A stretch of 64,000 nt of DNA from an uncultured Flavobacteriaceae bacterium (GTDB lineage: Bacteria; Bacteroidota; Bacteroidia; Flavobacteriales; Flavobacteriaceae). Positions 56,168-64,000 of this stretch are shown one piece after another. Numbering within the stretch: position 1 is the stretch's first letter; every line of letters begins with the position of its first letter. The stretch spans positions 3,013 through 67,012 of the forward strand of contig CAXAUF010000010.1 of the NCBI GenBank assembly GCA_963972425.1, read 5' to 3'. The notes below the pieces were generated by a model, which worked only from the letters and a program-made list of their open reading frames with translations, did no database searches and was not told where the DNA came from. The position numbers and the translations under genes are program-made.

Positions 56168-57322
56168 ATGCTATTTAGTGATATTCTAGGTCAGGAACAT
56201 ATAAAAAATCATTTAACTCAAAGTGCTGATAACAGCCGAATTCCGCATGCACAATTGTTTGTGGGACCAGAAGGGTCAGGTACTTTACCTATGGCTATTG
56301 CCTATGCGCAATATATACTTTGTAAGAATACTCAAGGCGAAAACACTAGCGGAAACGACGCTTGTAATATTAAGTTTAAAAATTTTGGTCATCCTGATTT
56401 ACATTTTGCTTTTCCTGTAGCAACCAATCAAAAAATTAAAAAACACCCTGTTTCAAGTCATTTTTTAGAAGAATGGCGTGAATTATTAACCCAACAACCG
56501 TATGGAAATTTATTTGATTGGTACAAAAAATTAGGTATAGAAAAAAAGCAAGGACGTATAGGTGTAGACGAAGCTAAAGAAATTGTAAAAGATTTAACCT
56601 TAAAGTCTTATGAAGGTGGTTATAAAATAACCATTATTTGGATGGCAGAAAAAATGAACACGGAAGCTGCTAATAAATTGCTAAAACTGATTGAAGAGCC
56701 ACCAAATAAAACCATTTTCATATTAATTGCTGAAGATGAAGAGCAACTAATTAGTACCATAAGATCGCGTTGTCAAGTATTACATTTTCCACCTCTTCCT
56801 GAAGATGTTATTACAGAAGGTTTAATAAATAGCTATCAAATTGAAGCGCCTATTGCAGCAAAAATAGCGCATCAAGCACACGGTAATTATAACAAAGCAT
56901 GTGATTTGGTATATCATGATAGTGAAGACACCCAATTTGAAACCTGGTTTATTTTCTGGATTCGGAGTGCATTTAAAGCTAAAGGGAATAAAGCTGCCAT
57001 TCATGATTTAATTTCATGGAGTGAGGATATTGCTAAAACAGGACGAGAAACACAAAAACAGTTTTTACAATTTTGTTTAAATTTTTTCCGTCAAGCTATG
57101 TTACTAAATTATGGTGCAGAAGATTTGGTTTTCCTGGAACCAAAAACAGATGGTTTTAAGTTGAAAAATTTTGCGCCTTTTGTTCATGGAAATAATATTC
57201 TAGATATTTCAAATGAAATTCAAGATGCTATTTACCATATAGAACGAAACGGAAATGCTAAAATTATTCTAACAGATTTATCTATTAAACTCACGCGTTT
57301 ATTACATAAAAAAGCCAGCTAA
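56168..57322 (+). CDS. holB: DNA polymerase III subunit delta'
   Basis: HAQLFVGPEGSGTLPMA (a degenerate P-loop), a Zn-module-like cysteine region and SRC motif IRSRCQVLHF. Confidence 0.8.
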   Translation: MLFSDILGQEHIKNHLTQSADNSRIPHAQLFVGPEGSGTLPMAIAYAQYILCKNTQGENTSGNDACNIKFKNFGHPDLHFAFPVATNQKIKKHPVSSHFLEEWRELLTQQPYGNLFDWYKKLGIEKKQGRIGVDEAKEIVKDLTLKSYEGGYKITIIWMAEKMNTEAANKLLKLIEEPPNKTIFILIAEDEEQLISTIRSRCQVLHFPPLPEDVITEGLINSYQIEAPIAAKIAHQAHGNYNKACDLVYHDSEDTQFETWFIFWIRSAFKAKGNKAAIHDLISWSEDIAKTGRETQKQFLQFCLNFFRQAMLLNYGAEDLVFLEPKTDGFKLKNFAPFVHGNNILDISNEIQDAIYHIERNGNAKIILTDLSIKLTRLLHKKAS

Positions 57323-57335
57323 ATAATAACTGGCT
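57308..57335 (-). terminator. Rho-independent terminator of ompH, overlapping the last codons of holB
   Basis: Stem agccag/ctggct with an 11-nt loop. On the minus strand it is followed by TTTTT (the plus-strand A-run at 57308-57312). It lies 25 nt after the ompH stop and covers the holB stop codon. Confidence 0.55.
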
Positions 57336-57359
57336 CATAAATTTTATAACCTATAAACC

Positions 57360-57881
57360 TTATTCTGGTTTCTTATAGTTAGCATTTAAAGCTGCTAAAA
57401 TCTCTTTTGTTAAGTCATTTTTTTCATCACCATACATAACACTTCCTGCTTCATTACTACCTAAAATGTAAGTGTAGCCATTTTTCTTACCGTAATCTTT
57501 TACGTAATCACGTACCTTTTTAATTAGTGTATCAATAGTTTGTTGACTTTCCTCTTGAATTGTACTTTCTTCCAATTGAATACGTTGTTGTAACATTTGC
57601 TGTTTCTGACCTAAAGCTTGGTATTCAGCTTGCGCTTGATCTTGTTTCATACCTTGCGCTTTTAGTTGAAAGGCTTGCGCTTCTTGTTGAAAAGCTTGAC
57701 CAATACTATCAGTTCTTTTTTGAAATGCTTCAATTTTAGTTTTGAATTTAGCTTCAATATCTATTTTTTCTTGGTAGTCATTTACCAAGTCTTTATTATT
57801 TACAAAACCTATTTTTTGACTTTCGGTATTGCAAGACATTAGTGTTAAAAATAATAAGAATACTACGAATATGTTTTTCAT
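57360..57881 (-). CDS. OmpH/Skp-family periplasmic chaperone
   Basis: A signal peptide followed by a Q/E/A-rich coiled-coil (QAFQQEAQAFQLKAQGMKQDQAQAEYQALGQKQQMLQQ). 173 aa. Confidence 0.85.
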   Translation of the reverse strand: MKNIFVVFLLFLTLMSCNTESQKIGFVNNKDLVNDYQEKIDIEAKFKTKIEAFQKRTDSIGQAFQQEAQAFQLKAQGMKQDQAQAEYQALGQKQQMLQQRIQLEESTIQEESQQTIDTLIKKVRDYVKDYGKKNGYTYILGSNEAGSVMYGDEKNDLTKEILAALNANYKKPE

Positions 57882-57910
57882 GATCTGATTTTTAATTTTT
57901 TAAATCGGCA

Positions 57911-57918
57911 CAAATGTA
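57911..57918 (-). promoter_or_regulatory. Candidate -7 box TACATTTG for ompH
   Basis: Plus-strand caaatgta is the reverse complement. It lies 30 nt upstream of the ATG at 57881. Confidence 0.3.
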
Positions 57919-57973
57919 ATAAAGTAAATAGATTGTTTTTCAAAAAGACGAAAATTTTACACTATAGTATAAA

Positions 57974-57999
57974 GTTATTAAAAAATAATTTTTAATAAC
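57974..57999 (-). terminator. AT-rich 11-bp-stem hairpin, possible terminator of the methyltransferase gene
   Basis: gttattaaaaa-ataa-tttttaataac, a perfect inverted repeat. On the minus strand it is followed by TTTATAC. The stem is almost pure A/T, so its stability is modest. Confidence 0.35.
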
Positions 58000-58113
58000 T
58001 AATACTGATCAAAAAGTGATTATTTATTTAGTGTTTTAAAGGCGTTTTAAAAATTTTGCAACAACAAACGTCTCACGCGTTTAAAACATGCTTATTTTGC
58101 TTAAAATTGCGTT

Positions 58114-58965
58114 TTAAGCCTTTTTAATGATATAAATAAGAGAAGAATGCTCACCCGAACGCTTTGCTGCACGATTAGATTTAAAACCAATGGCAATTGC
58201 TTTTAAAAAATTCATTTTACCTGTTTTATATTTTTCAGAAAGTAAACTCACATAATACGCATCAAAAATCATAGGTTTTGTTTCAATAACTTTTAGTCCA
58301 TGAGATTCCATTAATTGACTCATTCCTTTTTTTGAAAAATGCCAAAGATGTCTTGGCACATCATAAGCTGCCCAGAAGTTTTTATAGTATTCCGCATCAT
58401 AACTTTGATAATTTGGAACGGCAATAATTAACGTACCTGAATTTTTTAAGAGTGTTTTATAAACACGTATTTGTTCTTGTAAATCTGGTAAATGTTCCAA
58501 TACATGCCAAAGGGTTATAACGTCAAAACTTTCTTTTTCTAAATTAGAAAGTTCAACTATATCTTGAACTGAATTTTTGGTTTTAATATTAGCAATGTTT
58601 CGAGCTTCTAGATTAGGTTCAATACCGGAAACTGTCCAATTATCTTGTTGAGCTGTTTGTAAAAAATCGCCAGTTCCACAGCCAATGTCCAGTAAGTTTT
58701 TATCGGAATTACAGTATGAATTAATCAATTTCAATTTACGCTTAAGTGCAATAGACCGAACTACGTGATAGGCTTTTTCAAACAAATTTCGTTTAGAATC
58801 TGTGTGCGAAATATAATCTTCACTTTTATAATAAGCTGGTAATTTTTCTAATTTAGGTTGTGGTGTTGTTACCAGAATTTCAAAATTAGAATGCATTTCT
58901 AATTGAAATATTTCTTTGGAAACGGAATAATCTGGAACCTGAAAATTGTAATTACTGTCTTTCAC
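58114..58965 (-). CDS. Class I SAM-dependent methyltransferase
   Basis: Motif I LLDIGCGTGDFL, followed by FDVITLWHVLEHL. Confidence 0.85.
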   Translation of the reverse strand: MKDSNYNFQVPDYSVSKEIFQLEMHSNFEILVTTPQPKLEKLPAYYKSEDYISHTDSKRNLFEKAYHVVRSIALKRKLKLINSYCNSDKNLLDIGCGTGDFLQTAQQDNWTVSGIEPNLEARNIANIKTKNSVQDIVELSNLEKESFDVITLWHVLEHLPDLQEQIRVYKTLLKNSGTLIIAVPNYQSYDAEYYKNFWAAYDVPRHLWHFSKKGMSQLMESHGLKVIETKPMIFDAYYVSLLSEKYKTGKMNFLKAIAIGFKSNRAAKRSGEHSSLIYIIKKA

Positions 58966-58974
58966 GTGTGCTAA

Positions 58975-59490
58975 TTAATATGCATTAAAACCCATTCGCA
59001 TATCATTCAAATATCTTGAAACAATATATCTATAAAATGAATCTACTTTCAAACAGTCTTCACCAGAATCTGTTTGAGCAACAAAACTAATAAAATATTT
59101 ATCTTTTCCTTTTTTATACACTTCAGGATCGTCTTTCTTAAAAATAACATCTGTAAAGTCGATATATTTTGATGAATCTTTACCACTTAAAACCCTAAAA
59201 TTAATCCAAACATCTTCTACTTCTACTCTAAAATTGTACGGATTAAAACCAACTTCATCGGAATATCTAGAGCGCAAATATCTAGAAAAAACCGCAGGGC
59301 TTTTATAAATCTGAAACGTGAATTTATTTAGTTTACCTAAATCATCTTCGGCATTTTCATCACCATCTATAATATGATATCCATTAACATCTTGGACATT
59401 TTTAACGGGAATACACGATGAGATATTCAAAACAAAGAACACAAAACACAAGGTAAATCTGTGTCCAATTTTTGAAAATCTAAATCTCAT
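58975..59490 (-). CDS. Lipoprotein of unknown function
   Basis: The track ORF starts at 59526 (MFHVERF...), but those codons are the palindrome GTTCCACGTGGAAC. The Met at 59490 gives a clean lipoprotein signal, MRFRFSKIGHRFTLCFVFFVLNISSC. Confidence 0.5.
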   Translation of the reverse strand: MRFRFSKIGHRFTLCFVFFVLNISSCIPVKNVQDVNGYHIIDGDENAEDDLGKLNKFTFQIYKSPAVFSRYLRSRYSDEVGFNPYNFRVEVEDVWINFRVLSGKDSSKYIDFTDVIFKKDDPEVYKKGKDKYFISFVAQTDSGEDCLKVDSFYRYIVSRYLNDMRMGFNAY

Positions 59491-59510
59491 TTGATATACA
59501 TTCTTAAAAC

Positions 59511-59524
59511 GTTCCACGTGGAAC
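59511..59524. repeat. Perfect palindrome GTTCCACGTGGAAC (copy 1), 10 nt after the mnmG stop and 21 nt before the next gene
   Basis: Read directly. On the minus strand it is followed by GTTTTAAG. It may be a hairpin terminator and/or an operator. Confidence 0.7.
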
Positions 59525-59533
59525 ATTATTAAA

Positions 59534-61405
59534 TTATCGTCCCATATACACTAATAACACCGAAATATCACTAGGCGAAACACCACTTATTCGTGATGCT
59601 TGAGATATGGTTACAGGTTGAATTTTATTTAGTTTTTCCCGAGCTTCTGTGCTCATAGATTGCAGTCCAGAATAATCAAAATTCTTGGGTATTTTGATGT
59701 TTTCTAGCCTACTTAATTTATCAGCATTATTCTTTTCTTTATTAATATAACCAGCATATTTAACTTGAATTTCAGCTTGCTCAATTTCTTCAGTATCTAA
59801 ATTATTATCTAAAACATAAGCATCTACACTTGCCACTTTTCTCATATCATTTATCGTGATATTTGGTCGCGCAAATATTTTAAACATCTTATCAGACTGC
59901 GTCATTGGTGCCGAATCATTCGCCTCTAAAATAGGATTAATCTCTTCTGGCTTAACACTTGTATCTCTAAAAAAATCGACAAAAGCTTCTGCTCTTTCGT
60001 GCTTTTCTTCCATGCGTTTCAAACGCTTTTCTGACGCTAACCCTAAATTAAAAGATAAAGGCGTTAACCTAATATCTGCATTATCTTGACGCAATAAGGT
60101 TCTATATTCTGCTCGTGATGTAAACATTCTATACGGCTCTTCAGTCCCTTTAGTAATCAAATCGTCTACTAAAACACCTATATAAGCTTCACTTCGAGTT
60201 AGAATAAAAGGATCGCGTTCTTGTACTTTTAAGCTCGCATTTATTCCAGCCATTAACCCTTGCGAAGCTGCTTCTTCATAACCCGTAGTTCCATTAATTT
60301 GACCTGCGAAATACAAACCTTCTACTAACTTAGTTTCTAAAGTATGTTGTAATTGTGTCGGCGGGAAATAATCATATTCAATAGCATATCCTGGACGGAA
60401 AAATTTCACATTTTCAAAACCTGCCACTGAACGCAAAGCTTTAAATTGTACATCTTCTGGCAAGGATGTAGAAAAACCATTTACATAATACTCTACCGTA
60501 TCCCAACCCTCTGGTTCTACAAATAATTGATGTCTATCCTTATCAGCGAAACGATTAATTTTATCTTCAATAGACGGACAATAGCGTGGCCCTAAACTTT
60601 GAATGCGACCATTAAACATGGGTGATCTATCAAAACCTTCGCGAAGTAAATCATGAACTTCATTACTGGTATACGTTAAATGGCAAGAACGTTGTTTGGT
60701 TAACGGTTTTGTAACATCCAAATACGAGAATTTTTCTGGAACAGCATCACCAGGTTGTTCTACCATTTTAGAAAAATCCAACGAACGTCCATCTACACGA
60801 GGAGGCGTTCCTGTTTTCATTCTACCAGATTCAAAACCTAACTGAACAAGTTGTTCGGTGATTCCTGTTGCAGCGCGTTCGCCTGCTCGTCCACCTCCAA
60901 AATTTTTATCACCTATATGAATTAAACCATTTAAAAACGTCCCATTTGTCAATACGACACTTTTACATTTAATTTCAATTCCTAATGATGTTTTAACACC
61001 AACTACTTTATGATTTTCTACGATTAAGACAGAAACCATTTCTTGATAAAAGTCCAAATTCTTGGTTTGCTCCAACATGTTTCTCCAGTCTTCAGCAAAA
61101 CGCATACGGTCACTTTGTACGCGTGGACTCCACATTGCTGGACCTTTTGATTTATTGAGCATTTTAAACTGAATAGCCGATGTATCACTTACAATACCAC
61201 TATAACCACCAAGCGCATCTATTTCACGAACAATCTGACCTTTTGCAATTCCACCCATGGCAGGATTGCAAGACATTTGCGCTATGTTTTGCAAATTCAT
61301 GGTTATAAGCAGCGTTTTGCTCCCCATATTAGCAGCAGCAGCAGCGGCTTCGCTACCTGCGTGACCACCTCCTACTACTATTACATCGTAAACTTCGTTA
61401 AACAT
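59534..61405 (-). CDS. mnmG: tRNA uridine-5-carboxymethylaminomethyl synthesis enzyme MnmG (GidA)
   Basis: YDVIVVGGGHAGSEAA FAD motif, 623 aa, and conserved GidA segments (GPRYCPSIEDK, FAGQINGTTGYEEAA). Confidence 0.96.
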   Translation of the reverse strand: MFNEVYDVIVVGGGHAGSEAAAAAANMGSKTLLITMNLQNIAQMSCNPAMGGIAKGQIVREIDALGGYSGIVSDTSAIQFKMLNKSKGPAMWSPRVQSDRMRFAEDWRNMLEQTKNLDFYQEMVSVLIVENHKVVGVKTSLGIEIKCKSVVLTNGTFLNGLIHIGDKNFGGGRAGERAATGITEQLVQLGFESGRMKTGTPPRVDGRSLDFSKMVEQPGDAVPEKFSYLDVTKPLTKQRSCHLTYTSNEVHDLLREGFDRSPMFNGRIQSLGPRYCPSIEDKINRFADKDRHQLFVEPEGWDTVEYYVNGFSTSLPEDVQFKALRSVAGFENVKFFRPGYAIEYDYFPPTQLQHTLETKLVEGLYFAGQINGTTGYEEAASQGLMAGINASLKVQERDPFILTRSEAYIGVLVDDLITKGTEEPYRMFTSRAEYRTLLRQDNADIRLTPLSFNLGLASEKRLKRMEEKHERAEAFVDFFRDTSVKPEEINPILEANDSAPMTQSDKMFKIFARPNITINDMRKVASVDAYVLDNNLDTEEIEQAEIQVKYAGYINKEKNNADKLSRLENIKIPKNFDYSGLQSMSTEAREKLNKIQPVTISQASRISGVSPSDISVLLVYMGR

Positions 61406-61428
61406 GTCTACTAAATTTATTTATTTGA

Positions 61429-61448
61429 ATTGTTCCACGTGGAACAAT
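61429..61448. repeat. Perfect 20-bp palindrome ATTGTTCCACGTGGAACAAT (copy 2; same 14-bp core), 24 nt upstream of the mnmG ATG
   Basis: Read directly. The core GTTCCACGTGGAAC at 61432-61445 is identical to the copy at 59511-59524. Confidence 0.7.
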
Positions 61449-61521
61449 AGATTTATCGTTTTGTTTTTTCTTCAGAAACTAAAAGAATTCCCAAATAAAA
61501 AGTCTGCAAATATACGATATA

Positions 61522-61941
61522 TTATGAGATATCTTTTAGTAGTTTCAGATAGTGATTTTCCATACTTCTCATAGCTTTAGATTCAGCTTCAGTTTTGTCT
61601 TTATAACCACAGTAATGTAACACACCATGAACCATGACGCGATGTAACTCGTCACTAAAACTCACCTTAAAATCGGCCGCATTATCTGCTACACGTTCTG
61701 TGGAAATATATACATCACCTTGTATGATATTTCCTACAGTGTAATCAAAACTAATCACATCTGTTAAGGTGTCGTGATCCAAATATTCCACATTCAAATT
61801 GTGTAGATAATCATCATCACAAAATATATAATTGATTTCACCCAATTCAAAATCTTCAGAAACAATGACACGTTCTATCCACGTTTGTAGTTTATGGATA
61901 TTTTCTATTTCAAAATCGTTTTCGTAATTAAAACTAATCAT
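61522..61941 (-). CDS. ybeY: rRNA maturation endoribonuclease YbeY
   Basis: Zinc motif HGVLHYCGYKD (H-G-x-L-H-x-x-G-Y). 139 aa. Confidence 0.93.
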   Translation of the reverse strand: MISFNYENDFEIENIHKLQTWIERVIVSEDFELGEINYIFCDDDYLHNLNVEYLDHDTLTDVISFDYTVGNIIQGDVYISTERVADNAADFKVSFSDELHRVMVHGVLHYCGYKDKTEAESKAMRSMENHYLKLLKDIS

Positions 61942-64000
61942 TGGCTTTCTTAAAATACTCTTGTACTTTCTTTTTATAAATGGGTTGCAAAGGTAAACTT
62001 TGACGATTTAAAATCTCTGTTGTGTTGAAATATTCTTTTGCTGTTGGTATTTGATTATTGGTATTATTTTGAAAATCCTTACGGTTGGTTTCAGATTTTC
62101 GCTTGGTATCCTCGCCTTGCTGCATGGTTGCATTCTCCATTTTTAATAATTGATGCTGTAAATTCATCATTTTTTGAAGCGTTTGATTAGTAAACCCTTT
62201 ATTTAGCAAATCCATTTCTACCTCTTCCATCTGTTTTAAAATAGCATTGCCAACTCCATTTTTTCCTTCTTTTGCTAATTTATCTTGTAAGGCTTGACGG
62301 ATTTCCTGTTGTTGCTGGTATATTCTAAATAATTCACCTTTACTTATTTCACTGCCTTCTCCTTCACCCATTTGGCTACCTTGCTGTTTTCCTTCGTTAC
62401 CTTGTTCCCCCTCTTTACCGCTTTTGCCATCCTCACCAGGTTTATCACCTTCTTTTTTACCCTTTTCACCCTTTTCTCCTTCGTCTTTAGGCTCACCTTG
62501 CTCACCTTTCTTCATGCCATCTTGCATTTCCTTATTAAGCTCCTCTTGACTCTTAATAATATCGGGCAAACCTTGCTCTGGTTTTCCACCACTACCAGCT
62601 CCAGAGGATTGCATCTGCATCTGCATTTGGTTCATAATATCACTCAAAAAATTGGCTAAATTATTAGCGGCTGTTATCGTGTATTGTTGATTAGCAATTC
62701 CTTGATATAATCTATTTTCTGAAAACTGTTCTAGTGATTTGTCGATATTAAAAAACACGTCTGAAATCTCTTTATTTACCGATTCTGAAAGTTTTGGCTG
62801 ACGTAAGGATAAGGCAAATAAACTATCATCAATATGTGAGAAATGTTCCTTTAAATCATTCTGCTTACGTAAGTAGGTGGCATATTTATTGTGATTAATT
62901 TCAATTCCTTTAAAACGATCCATTAAATGTTCTTGGTCGAAAGAAAACAGAATCAAATTATCTAAAATTTGGCGCAACATCTCTAAATCTTCTTGCATTT
63001 GCTCACCACCTCCACCTTGCATGGCCATTTTCATCTTTTCGCCCATTTGCTTCATTTTCTCTGCAGCCTGCTTTTGCTTCTTTTGGGCATTTTGCTGATT
63101 TTTTTCAGCATCTTCTTCTTGACTTTGCTCTTCGTTTTCTTGTTTTTCGCCTAACTCATCAGACGCTTCTTGTTGGTCTTTTTTAATGGATTCCTCTTGC
63201 TTTTCGTCATTTGGAACATCCATAGGCTGTTTTAAATCTTGATTATCTTTATGTAAGTCTTCCAAAGCTTTTTCAAAATCTTCGAACCTTTTATTTAATT
63301 CGTCCTGTTCTTCTTTGGTGTTTTTTTCTTCAGATTCTTCGGAAAGCTTTTCTTGTTCTTCAGCTAATTTTTCAAGATCCTGTTGTAGCTTTTCTAATTT
63401 TTTAGCCACATAATATCGTTTGGTCAATTCCAGTAATTGCTCTAAACTCCGTTTCTGATTCTTATTTTGCTTGGCGAGTTCTTCTAATTTTTGAGTTAAC
63501 TCCTCTTTATTAATTTTCTCTTGTAATTTTTCTAGCTCCTCCAAAAGTTTTTCATCTTTTTTAAGCTGCTCTTCATTTTCTTTTAACCGCTCCTTTAAAT
63601 CCTCCTTAAATGTGTCTTCTTCTTTATTTTCCTTTTGAAATTCTTCTAAATTTTCTTCCAATTTCTTATTGAAATTCTTCATCATTTCCTCTTGTTCTTT
63701 TTGACGTTTAAGGAAATTTTCGAATTTCTTTTTATCGTTGAAATTCAATTCAGATTTTTCTTTTTGTGTTTTAGAAAGTTCTTCCAACTCTTTTTCACGC
63801 TCGCTCATTTTCTCTAAAGACTTATTTAAATCCTTAATGGTTTCGTTTTGCTGTTGAAGTTGTTTGTCCTCGGTTTCGTCCTTCGTTAACTTTCTATATG
63901 AGAAAATTTTACTTTTGGTACTCTTAAAATTATTAATCGCATCGTTATCAAAAACCTGAAAATATAAATCGTAGCTCACACCTTCTGTTAGTTCTAAATT
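61934..64000 (-). CDS. Very large Lys/Glu/Gln-rich coiled-coil protein, 3' part (5' end beyond the right edge; possibly DUF4175 family)
   Basis: The reading frame stays open to the window end. The track Met at 63979 is a GTG, and upstream codons NLELTEG continue in frame. It has a long KE-rich low-complexity region, a GGGGEQMQEDLEMLRQILDNL segment and a G/E/K-rich tract (GEKGEKGKKEGDKPGEDGKSGKEGEQGNEGKQQG). Confidence 0.55.
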   Translation of the reverse strand, partial: NLELTEGVSYDLYFQVFDNDAINNFKSTKSKIFSYRKLTKDETEDKQLQQQNETIKDLNKSLEKMSEREKELEELSKTQKEKSELNFNDKKKFENFLKRQKEQEEMMKNFNKKLEENLEEFQKENKEEDTFKEDLKERLKENEEQLKKDEKLLEELEKLQEKINKEELTQKLEELAKQNKNQKRSLEQLLELTKRYYVAKKLEKLQQDLEKLAEEQEKLSEESEEKNTKEEQDELNKRFEDFEKALEDLHKDNQDLKQPMDVPNDEKQEESIKKDQQEASDELGEKQENEEQSQEEDAEKNQQNAQKKQKQAAEKMKQMGEKMKMAMQGGGGEQMQEDLEMLRQILDNLILFSFDQEHLMDRFKGIEINHNKYATYLRKQNDLKEHFSHIDDSLFALSLRQPKLSESVNKEISDVFFNIDKSLEQFSENRLYQGIANQQYTITAANNLANFLSDIMNQMQMQMQSSGAGSGGKPEQGLPDIIKSQEELNKEMQDGMKKGEQGEPKDEGEKGEKGKKEGDKPGEDGKSGKEGEQGNEGKQQGSQMGEGEGSEISKGELFRIYQQQQEIRQALQDKLAKEGKNGVGNAILKQMEEVEMDLLNKGFTNQTLQKMMNLQHQLLKMENATMQQGEDTKRKSETNRKDFQNNTNNQIPTAKEYFNTTEILNRQSLPLQPIYKKKVQEYFKKAND

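Noticed and set aside
26748-58119. Similarity between the palindromes gcttaaaattttaagc (26748-26763) and gcttaaaa-ttgcg-ttttaagc (58099-58119)
   Set aside because: The arms are short and AT-rich, so they could easily recur by chance in this composition. There are only two copies, in unrelated contexts.
59491-59526. N-terminal extension MFHVERFKNVYQ of the lipoprotein ORF
   Set aside because: The ATG-TTC-CAC-GTG-GAA-C codons are the intergenic palindrome. The downstream Met gives a proper lipoprotein signal.
7391-60089. Remaining short track ORFs nested in or antisense to larger genes (7391-7579, 10614-10838, 10875-11087, 11139-11321, 22374-22568, 23749-23931, 24240-24488, 26133-26321, 27671-27868, 29589-29819, 45032-45298, 45790-46002, 49979-50173, 50879-51094, 51612-51881, 52972-53157, 56223-56420, 56822-57004, 59856-60089)
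   Set aside because: Each overlaps a longer ORF with clear family motifs. None has a recognisable domain, and the sequence alone gives no support for dual coding.
62372-62659. 95-aa plus-strand ORF rich in L/F/T
   Set aside because: It is the reverse-complement reading of the GAA/AAG-rich KE tract. Low-complexity antisense frames stay open by chance.

Overview
Visibly AT-rich, densely coding segment, mostly on the minus strand. It reads like a Flavobacteriia (Bacteroidota) chromosome: a T9SS C-terminal sorting domain, a SprE/PorW-like TPR lipoprotein, TAnnTTTG -7 boxes before many genes, and flavobacterial-type GH3 and DUF genes. I saw no rRNA, tRNA, CRISPR array, transposase or integrase. 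Layout: (i) 1-4.6 kb holds the head of the ATP synthase operon (partial atpB, membrane ORF, AtpZ-like, bactofilin) plus the SprE/PorW-like lipoprotein. (ii) 4.7-8.6 kb holds a PadR regulator, two paralogous membrane proteins, a polytopic permease-like protein and an ABC ATPase. (iii) 8.7-15 kb holds an orphan PaaE-type reductase, a GT9 heptosyltransferase with a DUF4254-like partner, upp and purD. (iv) About 15.0-47.7 kb is a ~33 kb mosaic Wzx/Wzy-type surface-polysaccharide locus. It encodes precursor pathways for UDP-GlcA, UDP-Xyl, UDP-ManNAcA and dTDP-Rha, three Wzy/O-antigen-ligase-like membrane proteins and an MBOAT+SGNH O-acylation pair. It also carries a complete PAPS module (cysQ-DUF2061-cysC-lipoprotein-cysD-cysN) divergent from a sulfotransferase. 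(v) 47.7-64 kb is housekeeping: a PNP-like large protein, GH3, M23 peptidase, tatA, LysM transglycosylase, pgk, holB, ompH, mnmG, ybeY and a KE-rich giant protein. The main candidate for a new system is the PAPS/sulfotransferase module wired into the glycan locus, suggesting a sulfated and O-acylated O-antigen or EPS. It includes two uncharacterised co-transcribed genes, a tandem-duplicated DUF2061 membrane protein and a small lipoprotein. The locus also shows decay and mosaicism: a truncated second wzx tail, a frameshifted T9SS cargo gene, and an MBOAT split at a T7 tract. All coordinates and translations of unlisted features were worked out by hand. Family names are from memory, not from searches.
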